From positions 16,726 through 80,725 of the forward strand of contig DLPD01000013.1 in the NCBI GenBank assembly GCA_002479785.1: a stretch of 64,000 nucleotides of DNA. The letters run 5' to 3'. This DNA is from Cytophagaceae bacterium UBA7467 (GTDB taxonomy: Bacteria > Bacteroidota > Bacteroidia > Cytophagales > Spirosomataceae). The position numbers and the translations under genes are program-made. The notes under the pieces were generated by a model that was not told the origin of the DNA, searched no databases, and was given only the letters and a program-made list of their open reading frames with translations. Shown here piece after piece: positions 40,754-50,764 of the stretch; position 1 is the first letter of the stretch; each line of letters starts with the position of its first letter.

Positions 40754-41466
40754 TATTTATTTGGATTTAAAAGGAAAATAAGGCCGGAAAGGAGGATGTA
40801 TGCAATCACTAAAACCGGAATTGCTGCAAATTTAAGCATAACAAGGGCAGCAATGCAAAAAATAAGGAAAATGAATTTTACTTGATTGCTTTTCCAATCC
40901 CAAGACTTGAACTTAAACGCCAGTAAAGGTAATTCACAAACCAACAAGTAACTCATCACGACCGAATAAATCAATAGGCCTTTAAAGTGTAGAATATAGG
41001 CACTGTATTCTGGTTGGAATTGTAGTATCAGCGGTAAGGAAGCAATGAGTAAACCATTTGCTGGGGTAGGGACACCGATGAACTGATCACTTTGGCGCGT
41101 ATCTATATTGAATTTGGCCAAACGGTAGGCAGACATTAAAGCCAAGGCAAATACCAAGAAGGGCTTGTAGAACCCGAATAAACCCACAGTACATTGTGTC
41201 CCGCAACTTTGTTCTACTAATGAAAACAAGATAAAGGCTGGTAAAACCCCAAAAGAGACCATGTCTGCTAACGAATCCAATTCTTTACCTAGATCAGAAT
41301 AGGCTTGTAAAGCTCTAGCTAAAAATCCGTCGAAGAAGTCGCAGACAAGGGAGATGAACATACAATAAGAGGCGCTCACTAAATCGCCTTGCATCACGAA
41401 CCAAAGTCCGATGCAGCCCGCCAATAAATTACCTAGTGTTAGTAGGTTAGGGATTTCTTTTTTCAT
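40753..41466 (-). CDS. pssA: CDP-diacylglycerol--serine O-phosphatidyltransferase (CDP-alcohol phosphatidyltransferase)
   Basis: IPNLLTLGN, DFFDGFLAR...GKELDSLADMVSFG, RLAKFN, FIGVPTP. Confidence 0.85.
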   Translation of the reverse strand: MKKEIPNLLTLGNLLAGCIGLWFVMQGDLVSASYCMFISLVCDFFDGFLARALQAYSDLGKELDSLADMVSFGVLPAFILFSLVEQSCGTQCTVGLFGFYKPFLVFALALMSAYRLAKFNIDTRQSDQFIGVPTPANGLLIASLPLILQFQPEYSAYILHFKGLLIYSVVMSYLLVCELPLLAFKFKSWDWKSNQVKFIFLIFCIAALVMLKFAAIPVLVIAYILLSGLIFLLNPNK

Positions 41467-42104
41467 GCTTTTACGTATGGATTGGATGCTTTTTCTTCTC
41501 CGATCGTTGTGCTACCGCCATGTCCGGGATACACAATAGTGGAATCAGGTAAGGTATATAATTGTGTTTGAATGCTGTGTACTAAATCTGCGTGGTTACA
41601 CAAAGGAAAATCCGTTCTTCCTACACTGCGTCTAAACAATACATCCCCATCAAACAAAAGGCCTTCTTTTTTAAAATACAAGGCCACATGCCCTGGTGCA
41701 TGACCCGGCACAAACAAGATTTGAATTTCCATTTTGCCTATATGCAAAACTTGATTGTCCTCGTACCAAACATCGACTTCAGAAGGCTGGTAGTGGGGAA
41801 AACCATACACTTGTGCTCGATTTGCCGCATCTCTTAAAAGTGGTTCATCTTTTGGGTGTAAGTAAAATGGAATCTTGAATTCTTGTCGGAAATATTCTAC
41901 TCCTAGCACGTGATCGATGTGTGCGTGCGTGTTCAAGATATGAGTTAACGTGATGCTTTTCTCCTCGATGAATGCTTTTAATGTTTGGCGCTCCTCGTAG
42001 GTGTAACAGCCAGGATCCACAATAATACCCGTCCCATTTTCATCCCATATGAGGTAGGTATTTTCTTGAAATGGATTTAACGAAAAAGCTTGGTGAAAGA
42101 TCAT
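41463..42104 (-). CDS. MBL-fold metallo-hydrolase (glyoxalase II-like)
   Basis: THAHIDH, PGHAPGH, GDVLF, PGHG; ATG at 42104. Confidence 0.88.
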   Translation of the reverse strand: MIFHQAFSLNPFQENTYLIWDENGTGIIVDPGCYTYEERQTLKAFIEEKSITLTHILNTHAHIDHVLGVEYFRQEFKIPFYLHPKDEPLLRDAANRAQVYGFPHYQPSEVDVWYEDNQVLHIGKMEIQILFVPGHAPGHVALYFKKEGLLFDGDVLFRRSVGRTDFPLCNHADLVHSIQTQLYTLPDSTIVYPGHGGSTTIGEEKASNPYVKA

Positions 42105-42106
42105 AT

Positions 42107-42805
42107 TTATTTGCCTAAGAGAAATATACAAGGTTTTTTGTGTAAATCAGGTTGCGCTTTTGCCCAATCGCTTGCCTTTTTTGTTTGAACAAATCCGGTG
42201 GGTGACGTCACGTCACAAGCGATGCAAATGAGTGAATCAGGAGCACATTGTGCAACCAAATCTTCCAGCATCGCCTTGTTCCGATAGGGCGTTTCAATAA
42301 AGATTTGTGTTTGTCCCCATTTAGCCACCTCTCTATCCAATTGTTCAATTTTGCGAATGCGAGCAGCTTTGTCGATGGGAAGGTAGCCAATAAAAGCGAA
42401 GCTTTGGCCTGAAAAACCAGATCCCATTAAACTGAGTAGGATGGAAGAAGGACCTACTAAAGGAATCACTTCTATGTTTTGTTGCTGTGCAATCGAAACG
42501 GCTAAGGCGCCAGGATCCGCTATGCCAGGGCAACCTGCCTCTGAAATAACACCGATATACTCGACTGAACTATGTTTTTTGTAAAAATCAGTAACTGATT
42601 TAGGTTGGGTATCTTTGTCTAATACCTCAAAAACTAAATCATCTATCTGAATCCCCAGTTTCAATTCACTAATAAATCGCCTCGCTGTGCGCACGTTTTC
42701 AACTAGATAATGCTTCGTTTGCTGTATAGCCGCTAATATTGCAGGGCTTAGAACTTCGGAAGAAGTGTTTTCAGCAATCGGGCAGGGGATCAGAAATAGT
42801 TTCAT
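42107..42805 (-). CDS. RsmI-like tetrapyrrole-family SAM-dependent methyltransferase
   Basis: SEAGCPGIADPG, PLVGPSS, GFSGQSFAF.GYLP, FIETPYRN. Confidence 0.85.
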   Translation of the reverse strand: MKLFLIPCPIAENTSSEVLSPAILAAIQQTKHYLVENVRTARRFISELKLGIQIDDLVFEVLDKDTQPKSVTDFYKKHSSVEYIGVISEAGCPGIADPGALAVSIAQQQNIEVIPLVGPSSILLSLMGSGFSGQSFAFIGYLPIDKAARIRKIEQLDREVAKWGQTQIFIETPYRNKAMLEDLVAQCAPDSLICIACDVTSPTGFVQTKKASDWAKAQPDLHKKPCIFLLGK

Positions 42806-43563
42806 AAATACGGTTGAAGCGCCTGTAGAAATAATTCAGGTTGGTCTGCTTGCACCCAATGGCCTGCATTTGGAATCTCTACTACTTCAAAATTAGGGAA
42901 AATTTCCGCAATGTATCGCTCGTCTTCCGGTTGAATATAATGAGAGTCTGCTCCTTTAATGAATAGCGTTTCGGTGTTCGAGGCGGCAGGAACAAATAAT
43001 TCGTGCCCCACCACATCGATGTTTTTTGTGATTACTTTGAGGTTGATTCTCCACGCAAATTGTTGCTCCGCGTTCCGATAAAGGTTTTTTAGCAGGAATT
43101 GACGTACACCCTCTTTTTCTTCGAAGCGCTTTAAATGTTCATTGGCTGCTTGGCGACTCTCGAGTGTGCTTAAGTCAAGGCTGTTCAACCCTTCCAAAAT
43201 GTGCGTATGATGCACCGGATAGAATTTAGGGGCGATATCCACAATAACGATTCGAGATGCGATGCCCGGATACAATAAATCGAATTGCATCACCACTTTT
43301 CCACCCATACTGTGACCGATGAGAATAGGTTTTTCTAATTGATGCTCTTGAATGAATTCTAACAGATCAGCCGCCATCACCTCATAATTGAATTCGTCTC
43401 CCCAGGGTGATTGTCCATGGTTCCTTTGGTCCACTAAAAATACGTGGTGATTTTCGGAGATGGCTTTTCCAAACCCCAACCAATTATCAGAGGTCCCAAA
43501 TATGCCATGTAGTATAATAACCGGTGTGCCCGATTCTCCAAGTGCGCGATAGAATAATTTCAT
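42802..43563 (-). CDS. YbfF-like alpha/beta hydrolase (esterase)
   Basis: HGIFG, DQRNHG, GHSMGG nucleophile elbow, AGHWVQAD. Confidence 0.88.
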   Translation of the reverse strand: MKLFYRALGESGTPVIILHGIFGTSDNWLGFGKAISENHHVFLVDQRNHGQSPWGDEFNYEVMAADLLEFIQEHQLEKPILIGHSMGGKVVMQFDLLYPGIASRIVIVDIAPKFYPVHHTHILEGLNSLDLSTLESRQAANEHLKRFEEKEGVRQFLLKNLYRNAEQQFAWRINLKVITKNIDVVGHELFVPAASNTETLFIKGADSHYIQPEDERYIAEIFPNFEVVEIPNAGHWVQADQPELFLQALQPYL

Positions 43564-44600
43564 TAGGCTATATAAATGGCTTTTTCTTTGCGTTCTGTTA
43601 ATTCTCCAATCGGACTTAATTCAAATCCATTCTCCATTGCAAAGGCTTCGAATTCAGCTGTATGCTCTGCTTCAACGGCGATTAATAATCCCCCCGAAGT
43701 CTGTGGGTCAGCGCCAATGTATCTTTGTCGCTCGGAAATTTCCTCACTCAAACGTTCGCCATAGCTCGCTAAATTGCGTGCTGTACCACCTGGGAAGCAC
43801 TTGAGGTCTAAATAATGATCAATATTAGGAAGCAATGGCAAGTTTTCAAACGCAATTTTTGCGCTCAATCCTGATCCATCCGCCATCTCCACTAAGTGTC
43901 CAAACAACCCGAAACCTGTTACATCGGTCAAGGATTTTACGTATTCTAAGGGCCCTAACTTTTCTCCAAATGAATTTAATGTACTCATTTGCTTCACCGC
44001 ACGTGCTAAATCTGCTGGACTTACAATACCTCGTTTTTGGCCAGTCGATAAAATCCCAACCCCTAAAGGCTTCGTTAAATATAACATACAGCCCTTCGTA
44101 GCCTTATCATTCTGTTTCAAATGTTCTTTTCTCACTTTTCCTGTTACGGCTAGTCCAAAAATAGGCTCAGGTGAATCTATTGAATGCCCTCCCGCTAACG
44201 GAATGCCTGCCTCAGCACAGGCCGCTCTTCCTCCCTCTAAAACTTGCGCAGCGATTTCAGGTGCCAATTTATCAATGGGCCAGCCTAAGATGGCAATGGC
44301 CATCAATGGACTACCGCCCATTGCATAGATGTCAGAGATCGCATTAGTCGCGGCAATTTTTCCAAAATCAAAGGGATCATCAACGATAGGCATAAAGAAA
44401 TCCGTCGTCGAAATTACCGCCTCGCCATTCTGCCAATCAAAAACAGCCGCATCATCTCGACTCTCGTTTCCGACTAATAAGAGGGGATGAGAGGCTTTTG
44501 GTTTATCAGATTTAAGGATCTTATCCAATATCTGTGGGGATATTTTGCATCCACAACCTGCACCGTGGCTAAAGGAAGTTAATTTGATTTGTACTGACAT
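43563..44600 (-). CDS. selD: Selenide, water dikinase (Cys-type)
   Basis: [49 protein letters not shown]. Confidence 0.95.
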   Translation of the reverse strand: MSVQIKLTSFSHGAGCGCKISPQILDKILKSDKPKASHPLLLVGNESRDDAAVFDWQNGEAVISTTDFFMPIVDDPFDFGKIAATNAISDIYAMGGSPLMAIAILGWPIDKLAPEIAAQVLEGGRAACAEAGIPLAGGHSIDSPEPIFGLAVTGKVRKEHLKQNDKATKGCMLYLTKPLGVGILSTGQKRGIVSPADLARAVKQMSTLNSFGEKLGPLEYVKSLTDVTGFGLFGHLVEMADGSGLSAKIAFENLPLLPNIDHYLDLKCFPGGTARNLASYGERLSEEISERQRYIGADPQTSGGLLIAVEAEHTAEFEAFAMENGFELSPIGELTERKEKAIYIA

Positions 44601-44617
44601 TTGAAATAATTAAGTTG

Positions 44618-44625
44618 CAAAATTA
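44618..44625 (-). promoter_or_regulatory. Bacteroidota -7 promoter element for the selD operon
   Basis: TAATTTTG on the minus strand, 17 nt upstream of ATG. Confidence 0.5.
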
Positions 44626-44856
44626 TTCTTTAAATAATTAAAAATTAAGATTCTGTTAAATAAATGCTGTTTATAGGACTATAAGAGGCTGCTTCTGTTA
44701 GGAAATTGCAGGTTTTTTCAAGATTAGTCCTAAATATCAACGAATTACCCCATTTTATGTTAAAATACTTTTTTGAGATATTTTGGAGTATTTGATTTTT
44801 CTAGTTTATTTTGTGCTATCATTTCTCAAATTATTTTATAACTAAATTCCAAATTT

Positions 44857-47800
44857 ATGCAGAGAAGATTTATTACTAAATCTGTGTTGTTAGGGGCGTT
44901 TTTTGCGCTTATGATGACACTTCCTATTGGGCAGGCCTTTGCTCAGGGGTCTACGACATCCGCCTTGTCGGGTACCGTTGTAGATGAAAAAGGTGAAGGA
45001 TTGCCGGGTGCTACGGTAATTGCTATTCACGAGCCTACGGGTTCTCGTTACGGTGCATCTACTCGTGGTGATGGTCGTTACAACATTGTTAACATGCGTG
45101 TAGGTGGTCCCTATAAAGTGACTGTCTCTTTCGTAGGTTACAAGGAGTCTGTTCAATCAGGTATCTCTTTGACATTAGCTTCTGAGCTTCGTCAAAACTT
45201 CAAATTAGAATTAAATCAAGCTCAACTGGAAGAAGTGAAGGTAGTGGCATCTCGTTCTTCTGTGATTAACTCAGGACGTACAGGTGCTGCTACGACGGTT
45301 TCTAACAGCTCGATCACTACTTTACCTACGTTAAACCGTTCGTTGGGTGATTTTGCTCGTTTAGATCCTCGTGCAAACGGATTGAACTTCGCTGGTCGTA
45401 ATGCATTGTACAACAACGTAACGGTAGACGGTGCGTTCTTTAATAATGCATTCGCTTTATCTCCTACGATTGGAGGTCAGGCTGGTGCTTCTCCTATTTC
45501 AGTGGATGCGATTGACCAATTCCAAGTATTAATTGCTCCTTATGACGTTCGTCAAGGTATGGCAACAGGTGCTAACATCAACGTTGTAACTAAATCTGGT
45601 ACTAACGATTGGACTGGTTCTGCTTACTATTTTGGAACCGACCAAAACCAAGTGGGTAACAAGATCGGAGATGTAGTGAACCAATATGGTAAATTCCAAA
45701 GAGGTCAATTCGGTGGTCGTATCGGTGGTGCCTTAGTGAAGAACAAATTGTTTGTTTTTGCTTCATTTGAGCAAGAATTACAAACTCAACCAGGTTCTAA
45801 CTTTATTGCTCGTCGTGCAGGATCTACTGCAGGTAACCAATCAGTTGCAACTGTTGAGCAATTAGAATCAATCAAAAGCTTATTGAAATCGAAGTTTAAC
45901 TACGATCCAGGTGCTTATGAAAACTGGGATAAAGAAAATTACTCACAAAAAGCAAACATTCGTTTGGACTGGAATATTTCTGACAAGCACAAGTTTAACT
46001 TAAAGTACAATTACTTACGTTCTTATGCAGATGTTAGCCCGTCATCATCAGGATCTTTATCTGGTGGTCGTAATCCATCTGCAACGGTTTTACCATTCCA
46101 AGGTTCATTATACCGTATCAACAATAACTTAGATTCGTATATTGTTGAATTAAACTCAACTTTCTCTAGCAAATTAGCGAATAACTTGACTGTAGGTTAT
46201 ACACAGATGCGTGACTTCCGTCAATCTCCAGTTAACAACACTCCGTTCCCTACAGTGGATATCGGTAACAATAACTTGAATGAGTTAACGACATTTGGTT
46301 TTGAACCTTTCTCTGCTAACAACTTGTTAGATTCTGATATTTTCCAAGTATCAGATAACTTAACGTATTATGCAGGAAATCACGTGTTTACGTTAGGTGC
46401 GGCATTTGAAATGAATGCATTTAGAAATGGTTTTGCTCCTAACTATTATGGAGGTTATCAATTTAAATCAATCGATGATTTTATTGCTTCAGTTAATACA
46501 GGTGTTTCTAACGCAGTTCAATACCAACAATCTTGGTCTAACTATGCGACATTCCCATTTGCGGAAATGAAAGGTAATACTACCTCGTTATACGTTCAGG
46601 ATGAAATCACAGCAGCTAAAGGTTTGAAATTAACTTTTGGTCTTCGTGCGGATGGAACTTCATTCCCTGTTGATAATGATCCTAAGTATAACAATGCGTA
46701 TGTACCTAGCTTAACGTTCCGCAATAACACGGTTTTAAGAACAAACCAATTGCCAGACTTTACTACGTTATGGTCTCCGCGTTTTGGATTTAACTGGGAT
46801 GTGAAAGATGATAAAACTACGCAAGTGCGCGGTGGTTTAGGTGTATTCTCTGGTCGTGTTCCTTATGTTTGGTTATCTAACCAATTGTCTAACAATGGGG
46901 TTTTATTTGGATCTGAGCGTTTAACAAATCCTACAAACCGTCCATTTAATGCGAATGTGGATGCTTATCGTCCAGCTGTCTCTACTTCAATTATCCCTAC
47001 GTCTTATAACTTAGCAGTTACGGATCCTAACTTCAAATTCTCTCAGGTGTTCCGTGCTAACTTAGCGTTAGACAAAAGCTTAGGAAATGGTTGGTTAGTT
47101 TCATTAGAAGGTATTTATACGAAAGATATCAATGCCGTTTACTTAGAAAACGTAAACTTACCAGATTCGAAAGTAAAGGCGGTAGGTGCTGATAACCGTG
47201 TGATTTATTACACGGCAACAAATGGTATTCCTACTAACACGAAGATTAACCAAATCTATGGTAACGTGAAAGGGGTTAACGCTCCAGCTGCGGGTAATTC
47301 AGGTTTGAATCCAAACATCTCTGATGCAATCGTAATCAAGAATACGCAATTAGGTTATTCTTATGCTTTAACTGCTACGGTATCGAAAGCATTTGACAAT
47401 GGTTTATTTGCTTCTTTATCTTACACGAACTCTGATTCTCGTTCAGTGAATGATGGAGGTTCTATCGCTCAATCTCAATGGAGAGACCGCGTAGTATCAG
47501 GTGATCCTAACGAAAACGTTGCGTCTTATTCATCTTATATGCAAGCACACCGTATCAACGCGTATGGTTCATATAAGTTGAATTACCTAAGCGAGAAAGC
47601 GGCAACAACTTTTGGATTTACGTATTCAGTTGCTCCTGCAGGTCGTTTCTCATACACATACTCAGGTGATATGAACGGTGATGGTCAAACAGCGAATGAT
47701 TTGATGTACATTCCACGTGGTGAAGGAGAAATTCTTTTAAAGGATCAAGTTATTTCTTACAACGTATCTCAATCATTCACTTACACTGCAGCACAACAAT

Positions 47801-48216
47801 GGGCTGATTTAGATAAATACATCTCTCAAGATGCTTATTTGAACTCACGTCGTGGTCAATACGCAGAACGTAATGGTGCTGAATTACCTTGGCAAGCAAA
47901 CTTTGACTTTAAAATCATTCAAGATTTCTACATCAAAGTAGGAGGCAAGAAAAATACCTTACAATTTACATTAGACGTATTTAACGCTGGTAACTATGTT
48001 TCATCTCAATGGGGCTTAGCACAAACACCATTGCGTGCTGGTTTATTATCTTATACAGGTAATGATGCGACTACTGGTAAGCCAGTATTCCAATTCCCTT
48101 ACCGTTATCAAGGTAACCCTACATCATCTGTACCATTGACAGATTCATTCCAACGTAGCTTTGGTTTGTCTTCTAGATGGCAAGCACAGTTTGGTGTACG
48201 TTATATCTTCAATTAA
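44857..48216 (+). CDS. Oar-like TonB-dependent receptor with carboxypeptidase-regulatory-like domain
   Basis: Signal peptide; GTVVDEKGEGLPGATV, GGPYKV, APYDVRQG, INVVTKSGTN, SPRFGFNWD; terminal GVRYIFN. Confidence 0.9.
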   Translation: MQRRFITKSVLLGAFFALMMTLPIGQAFAQGSTTSALSGTVVDEKGEGLPGATVIAIHEPTGSRYGASTRGDGRYNIVNMRVGGPYKVTVSFVGYKESVQSGISLTLASELRQNFKLELNQAQLEEVKVVASRSSVINSGRTGAATTVSNSSITTLPTLNRSLGDFARLDPRANGLNFAGRNALYNNVTVDGAFFNNAFALSPTIGGQAGASPISVDAIDQFQVLIAPYDVRQGMATGANINVVTKSGTNDWTGSAYYFGTDQNQVGNKIGDVVNQYGKFQRGQFGGRIGGALVKNKLFVFASFEQELQTQPGSNFIARRAGSTAGNQSVATVEQLESIKSLLKSKFNYDPGAYENWDKENYSQKANIRLDWNISDKHKFNLKYNYLRSYADVSPSSSGSLSGGRNPSATVLPFQGSLYRINNNLDSYIVELNSTFSSKLANNLTVGYTQMRDFRQSPVNNTPFPTVDIGNNNLNELTTFGFEPFSANNLLDSDIFQVSDNLTYYAGNHVFTLGAAFEMNAFRNGFAPNYYGGYQFKSIDDFIASVNTGVSNAVQYQQSWSNYATFPFAEMKGNTTSLYVQDEITAAKGLKLTFGLRADGTSFPVDNDPKYNNAYVPSLTFRNNTVLRTNQLPDFTTLWSPRFGFNWDVKDDKTTQVRGGLGVFSGRVPYVWLSNQLSNNGVLFGSERLTNPTNRPFNANVDAYRPAVSTSIIPTSYNLAVTDPNFKFSQVFRANLALDKSLGNGWLVSLEGIYTKDINAVYLENVNLPDSKVKAVGADNRVIYYTATNGIPTNTKINQIYGNVKGVNAPAAGNSGLNPNISDAIVIKNTQLGYSYALTATVSKAFDNGLFASLSYTNSDSRSVNDGGSIAQSQWRDRVVSGDPNENVASYSSYMQAHRINAYGSYKLNYLSEKAATTFGFTYSVAPAGRFSYTYSGDMNGDGQTANDLMYIPRGEGEILLKDQVISYNVSQSFTYTAAQQWADLDKYISQDAYLNSRRGQYAERNGAELPWQANFDFKIIQDFYIKVGGKKNTLQFTLDVFNAGNYVSSQWGLAQTPLRAGLLSYTGNDATTGKPVFQFPYRYQGNPTSSVPLTDSFQRSFGLSSRWQAQFGVRYIFN

Positions 48217-48249
48217 AACTAATTGGCTCTGCCAATTCAGTTTTAAGTC

Positions 48250-48283
48250 AAAACAAAAGGGAGCAAATGCTCCCTTTTGTTTT
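48250..48283. terminator. Intrinsic terminator (TBDR side)
   Basis: aaaacaaaagggagca-aa-tgctcccttttgtttt. Confidence 0.85.
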
Positions 48284-48482
48284 TTAGTCGAAAGTCAAAG
48301 AGTCATCGAAAGAATAAAGCAGAAAGCAAAAAGAATAGAGTTGGTTAACAAAAAAGGCGCAGAATGCGCCTTTTTTTGTTTGTATTGAAAATAGGTTCCT
48401 CCGGACTCATTGACTAAGCCGAGGGCGGCTCCGCCACCTGAGGCGACTCTTTGACTACGTTTTTGTCGCGAAGCGACTAAAA
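48282..48482. repeat. Composite intergenic element with nested inverted repeats
   Basis: ttttagtcg/cgactaaaa; agtcaaagagtc (48293-48304) / gactctttgact (48445-48456); heptamers at 48309-48340; hairpin gtcGCGAAGCgac at 48465-48477. Confidence 0.6.
48347..48380. terminator. Second intrinsic terminator
   Basis: aacaaaaaaggcgca-gaa-tgcgcctttttttgtt. Confidence 0.8.
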
Positions 48483-49448
48483 CGTTTTGTGATGTGCCAT
48501 TCTAAACAAATCATCCTTACTCAACGACTTGAAATAATCGTATGTAATCTTCAAGCCCTCTGCGCGACTCACTTTGGGTTCCCAGCCTAGAATGCTGCGC
48601 GCCTTCGTAATGTCTGGTTTGCGTTGTTTAGGATCGTCAGTTGGTAATGGAAGTGAAATAAGCTTCTGCGATGTGCCCGTTAATTTGATGATTTCCTCTC
48701 CAAATTCTTTGATCGTAATCTCATCTGGATTACCAATATTCACAGGCTGTGCATAATCGCTTAATAAGAGGCGATAAATGCCTTCTACTAAATCATCTAC
48801 ATAGCAGAATGAACGTGTCTGAGAACCATCTCCAAACATCGTTAAATCCTCGCCACGTAAGGCTTGGCCAATAAACGCAGGTAACACACGACCATCATTC
48901 AGTCGCATGCGTGGTCCATAGGTATTAAATATGCGAACGATACGTGTTTCTAAGCCATGGTAGGTATGATAAGCCATGGTCATGGCTTCTTGGAATCGTT
49001 TGGCTTCGTCATAAACGCCACGCGGTCCCACTGGGTTTACATTTCCCCAATATTCCTCCGGTTGTGGATGGACGTTCGGATCGCCGTACACTTCAGATGT
49101 GGAAGCGATCAAAACGCGCGCCTTTTTAACTCTGGCCAAACCTAAGCAATTATGGATTCCGAGGGATCCTACTTTCAGGGTTTGGATCGGAATCTTTAAA
49201 TAATCGATAGGAGAGGCAGGAGAGGCAAAATGTAGGATATAATCCAAATCGCCCGGAACGTGGATGAACTTGGAAACATCGTGGTGGTAGAACTCAAAGT
49301 GTTCTAATTGGAACAAATGTTCAATGTTCTTCAGATCGCCCGTAATTAAATTATCCATCGCGATAACGTGGTAACCCTCTTTGATAAAGCGATCACATAA
49401 ATGAGATCCTAGAAATCCAGCTCCGCCGGTAATTAAAACTCTTTTCAT
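48477..49448 (-). CDS. UDP-glucuronate decarboxylase (UDP-xylose synthase)
   Basis: [51 protein letters not shown]. Confidence 0.92.
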   Translation of the reverse strand: MKRVLITGGAGFLGSHLCDRFIKEGYHVIAMDNLITGDLKNIEHLFQLEHFEFYHHDVSKFIHVPGDLDYILHFASPASPIDYLKIPIQTLKVGSLGIHNCLGLARVKKARVLIASTSEVYGDPNVHPQPEEYWGNVNPVGPRGVYDEAKRFQEAMTMAYHTYHGLETRIVRIFNTYGPRMRLNDGRVLPAFIGQALRGEDLTMFGDGSQTRSFCYVDDLVEGIYRLLLSDYAQPVNIGNPDEITIKEFGEEIIKLTGTSQKLISLPLPTDDPKQRKPDITKARSILGWEPKVSRAEGLKITYDYFKSLSKDDLFRMAHHKTF

Positions 49449-49449
49449 A

Positions 49450-50760
49450 TTAGTATATCGTTTGACGGCCAATCGAATAATAGGTGTAACCTAATTCCTG
49501 CATTTGGTTTAATTCGTATAAATTTCTGCCGTCAAAAATGACTTTATTCTTTAATAAACTATCCATTCGGTCAAAATCAGGCGTTCTGAATTGAGGCCAT
49601 TCCGTCACGATCAGAAGTGCATCAGCTCCTTCTAGTGCTTCGTAGGGATTTTTAGTGAAAGTGATTTTATCGCCCATTAATTGCTTCACGTGCCCCATCG
49701 CCTCCGGGTCATAGGCACTCACGGATGCACCTAATTCTAATAAGGCATCAATGTTATATAAAGCAGGTGCTTCTCGGATATCATCCGTGTAAGGTTTGAA
49801 TGCTAAACCCCACATCGCAATTTTCTTTCCGGCTAAATCACCATTGAAATGTTTTGTTAAGTGTGGTATTAGTTTTGTTTTTTGGCTTTCATTCACCTTC
49901 ATGACAGAGTCCAAAATTTTAAACTCATAGTCGTTTTCTACCGAAGTTTTTGCCAATGCTTGCACGTCCTTAGGGAAGCAACTTCCTCCGTAACCAATAC
50001 CAGCAAATAAGAAGCGTTTACCGATTCGTGAATCAGTTCCTATTCCCTTCCGTACCTCGTCCACATTCGCGCCTACTAGTTCGCACAGGTTTGCGATCTC
50101 ATTCATGAAGGTGATTTTGGTAGCTAAGAAGGCATTAGCAGCATATTTTGTTAACTCCGCAGAACGTTCATCCATAAAGATGATTGGATTTCCTTGGCGA
50201 ACTAAGGGGGCATATAATCGGGACATTAAGTCTTTTGCTCGCTCAGATTGAGTGCCTATCACGACGCGATCTGGCTTCATAAAATCCTCTACTGCCACGC
50301 CTTCGCGTAGGAATTCAGGATTGGAAACGACATCGAATTCGACTGTGGCATTTTTCGCAATAGCTGCTTTAACTTTATCTGATGTTCCCACCGGAACAGT
50401 ACTTTTATCAATAATGACCGTATATTCTGATAAAATAGGACCTAAATCGTCTGCCACTTGAAGGATGTATTTTAAGTCGGCTGATCCATCTGCCCCTGGA
50501 GGGGTAGGGAGGGCTAAGAAAATAACTTTTGCTCCTTCAATTCCTTCTTTTAACGAAGTGGTGAAATGAAGGCGTCCTTCTTGGGTATTTCTTTGGAATA
50601 AATCATCTAAACCAGGCTCGTAAATGGGAATTTTCCCAGCCTGCATTTGCTGTACTTTTTCTTGATTGATGTCTACGCAAGTTACTTGGTTTCCTGTTTC
50701 AGCGAAACAAGTTCCCGTCACTAATCCCACGTATCCAGTTCCTACAACGGCTATTTTCAT
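49450..50760 (-). CDS. ugd: UDP-glucose 6-dehydrogenase
   Basis: [48 protein letters not shown]. Confidence 0.95.
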   Translation of the reverse strand: MKIAVVGTGYVGLVTGTCFAETGNQVTCVDINQEKVQQMQAGKIPIYEPGLDDLFQRNTQEGRLHFTTSLKEGIEGAKVIFLALPTPPGADGSADLKYILQVADDLGPILSEYTVIIDKSTVPVGTSDKVKAAIAKNATVEFDVVSNPEFLREGVAVEDFMKPDRVVIGTQSERAKDLMSRLYAPLVRQGNPIIFMDERSAELTKYAANAFLATKITFMNEIANLCELVGANVDEVRKGIGTDSRIGKRFLFAGIGYGGSCFPKDVQALAKTSVENDYEFKILDSVMKVNESQKTKLIPHLTKHFNGDLAGKKIAMWGLAFKPYTDDIREAPALYNIDALLELGASVSAYDPEAMGHVKQLMGDKITFTKNPYEALEGADALLIVTEWPQFRTPDFDRMDSLLKNKVIFDGRNLYELNQMQELGYTYYSIGRQTIY

Positions 50761-50764
50761 ATAA

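Noticed and set aside
44601-44856. Riboswitch or sRNA upstream of the large TBDR
   Set aside because: AT-rich, with no recognisable aptamer core or stable stems; consistent with divergent promoters
48161-48388. 75-aa ORF across the terminators
   Set aside because: It runs through two terminator hairpins and heptamer repeats and has no protein-like features
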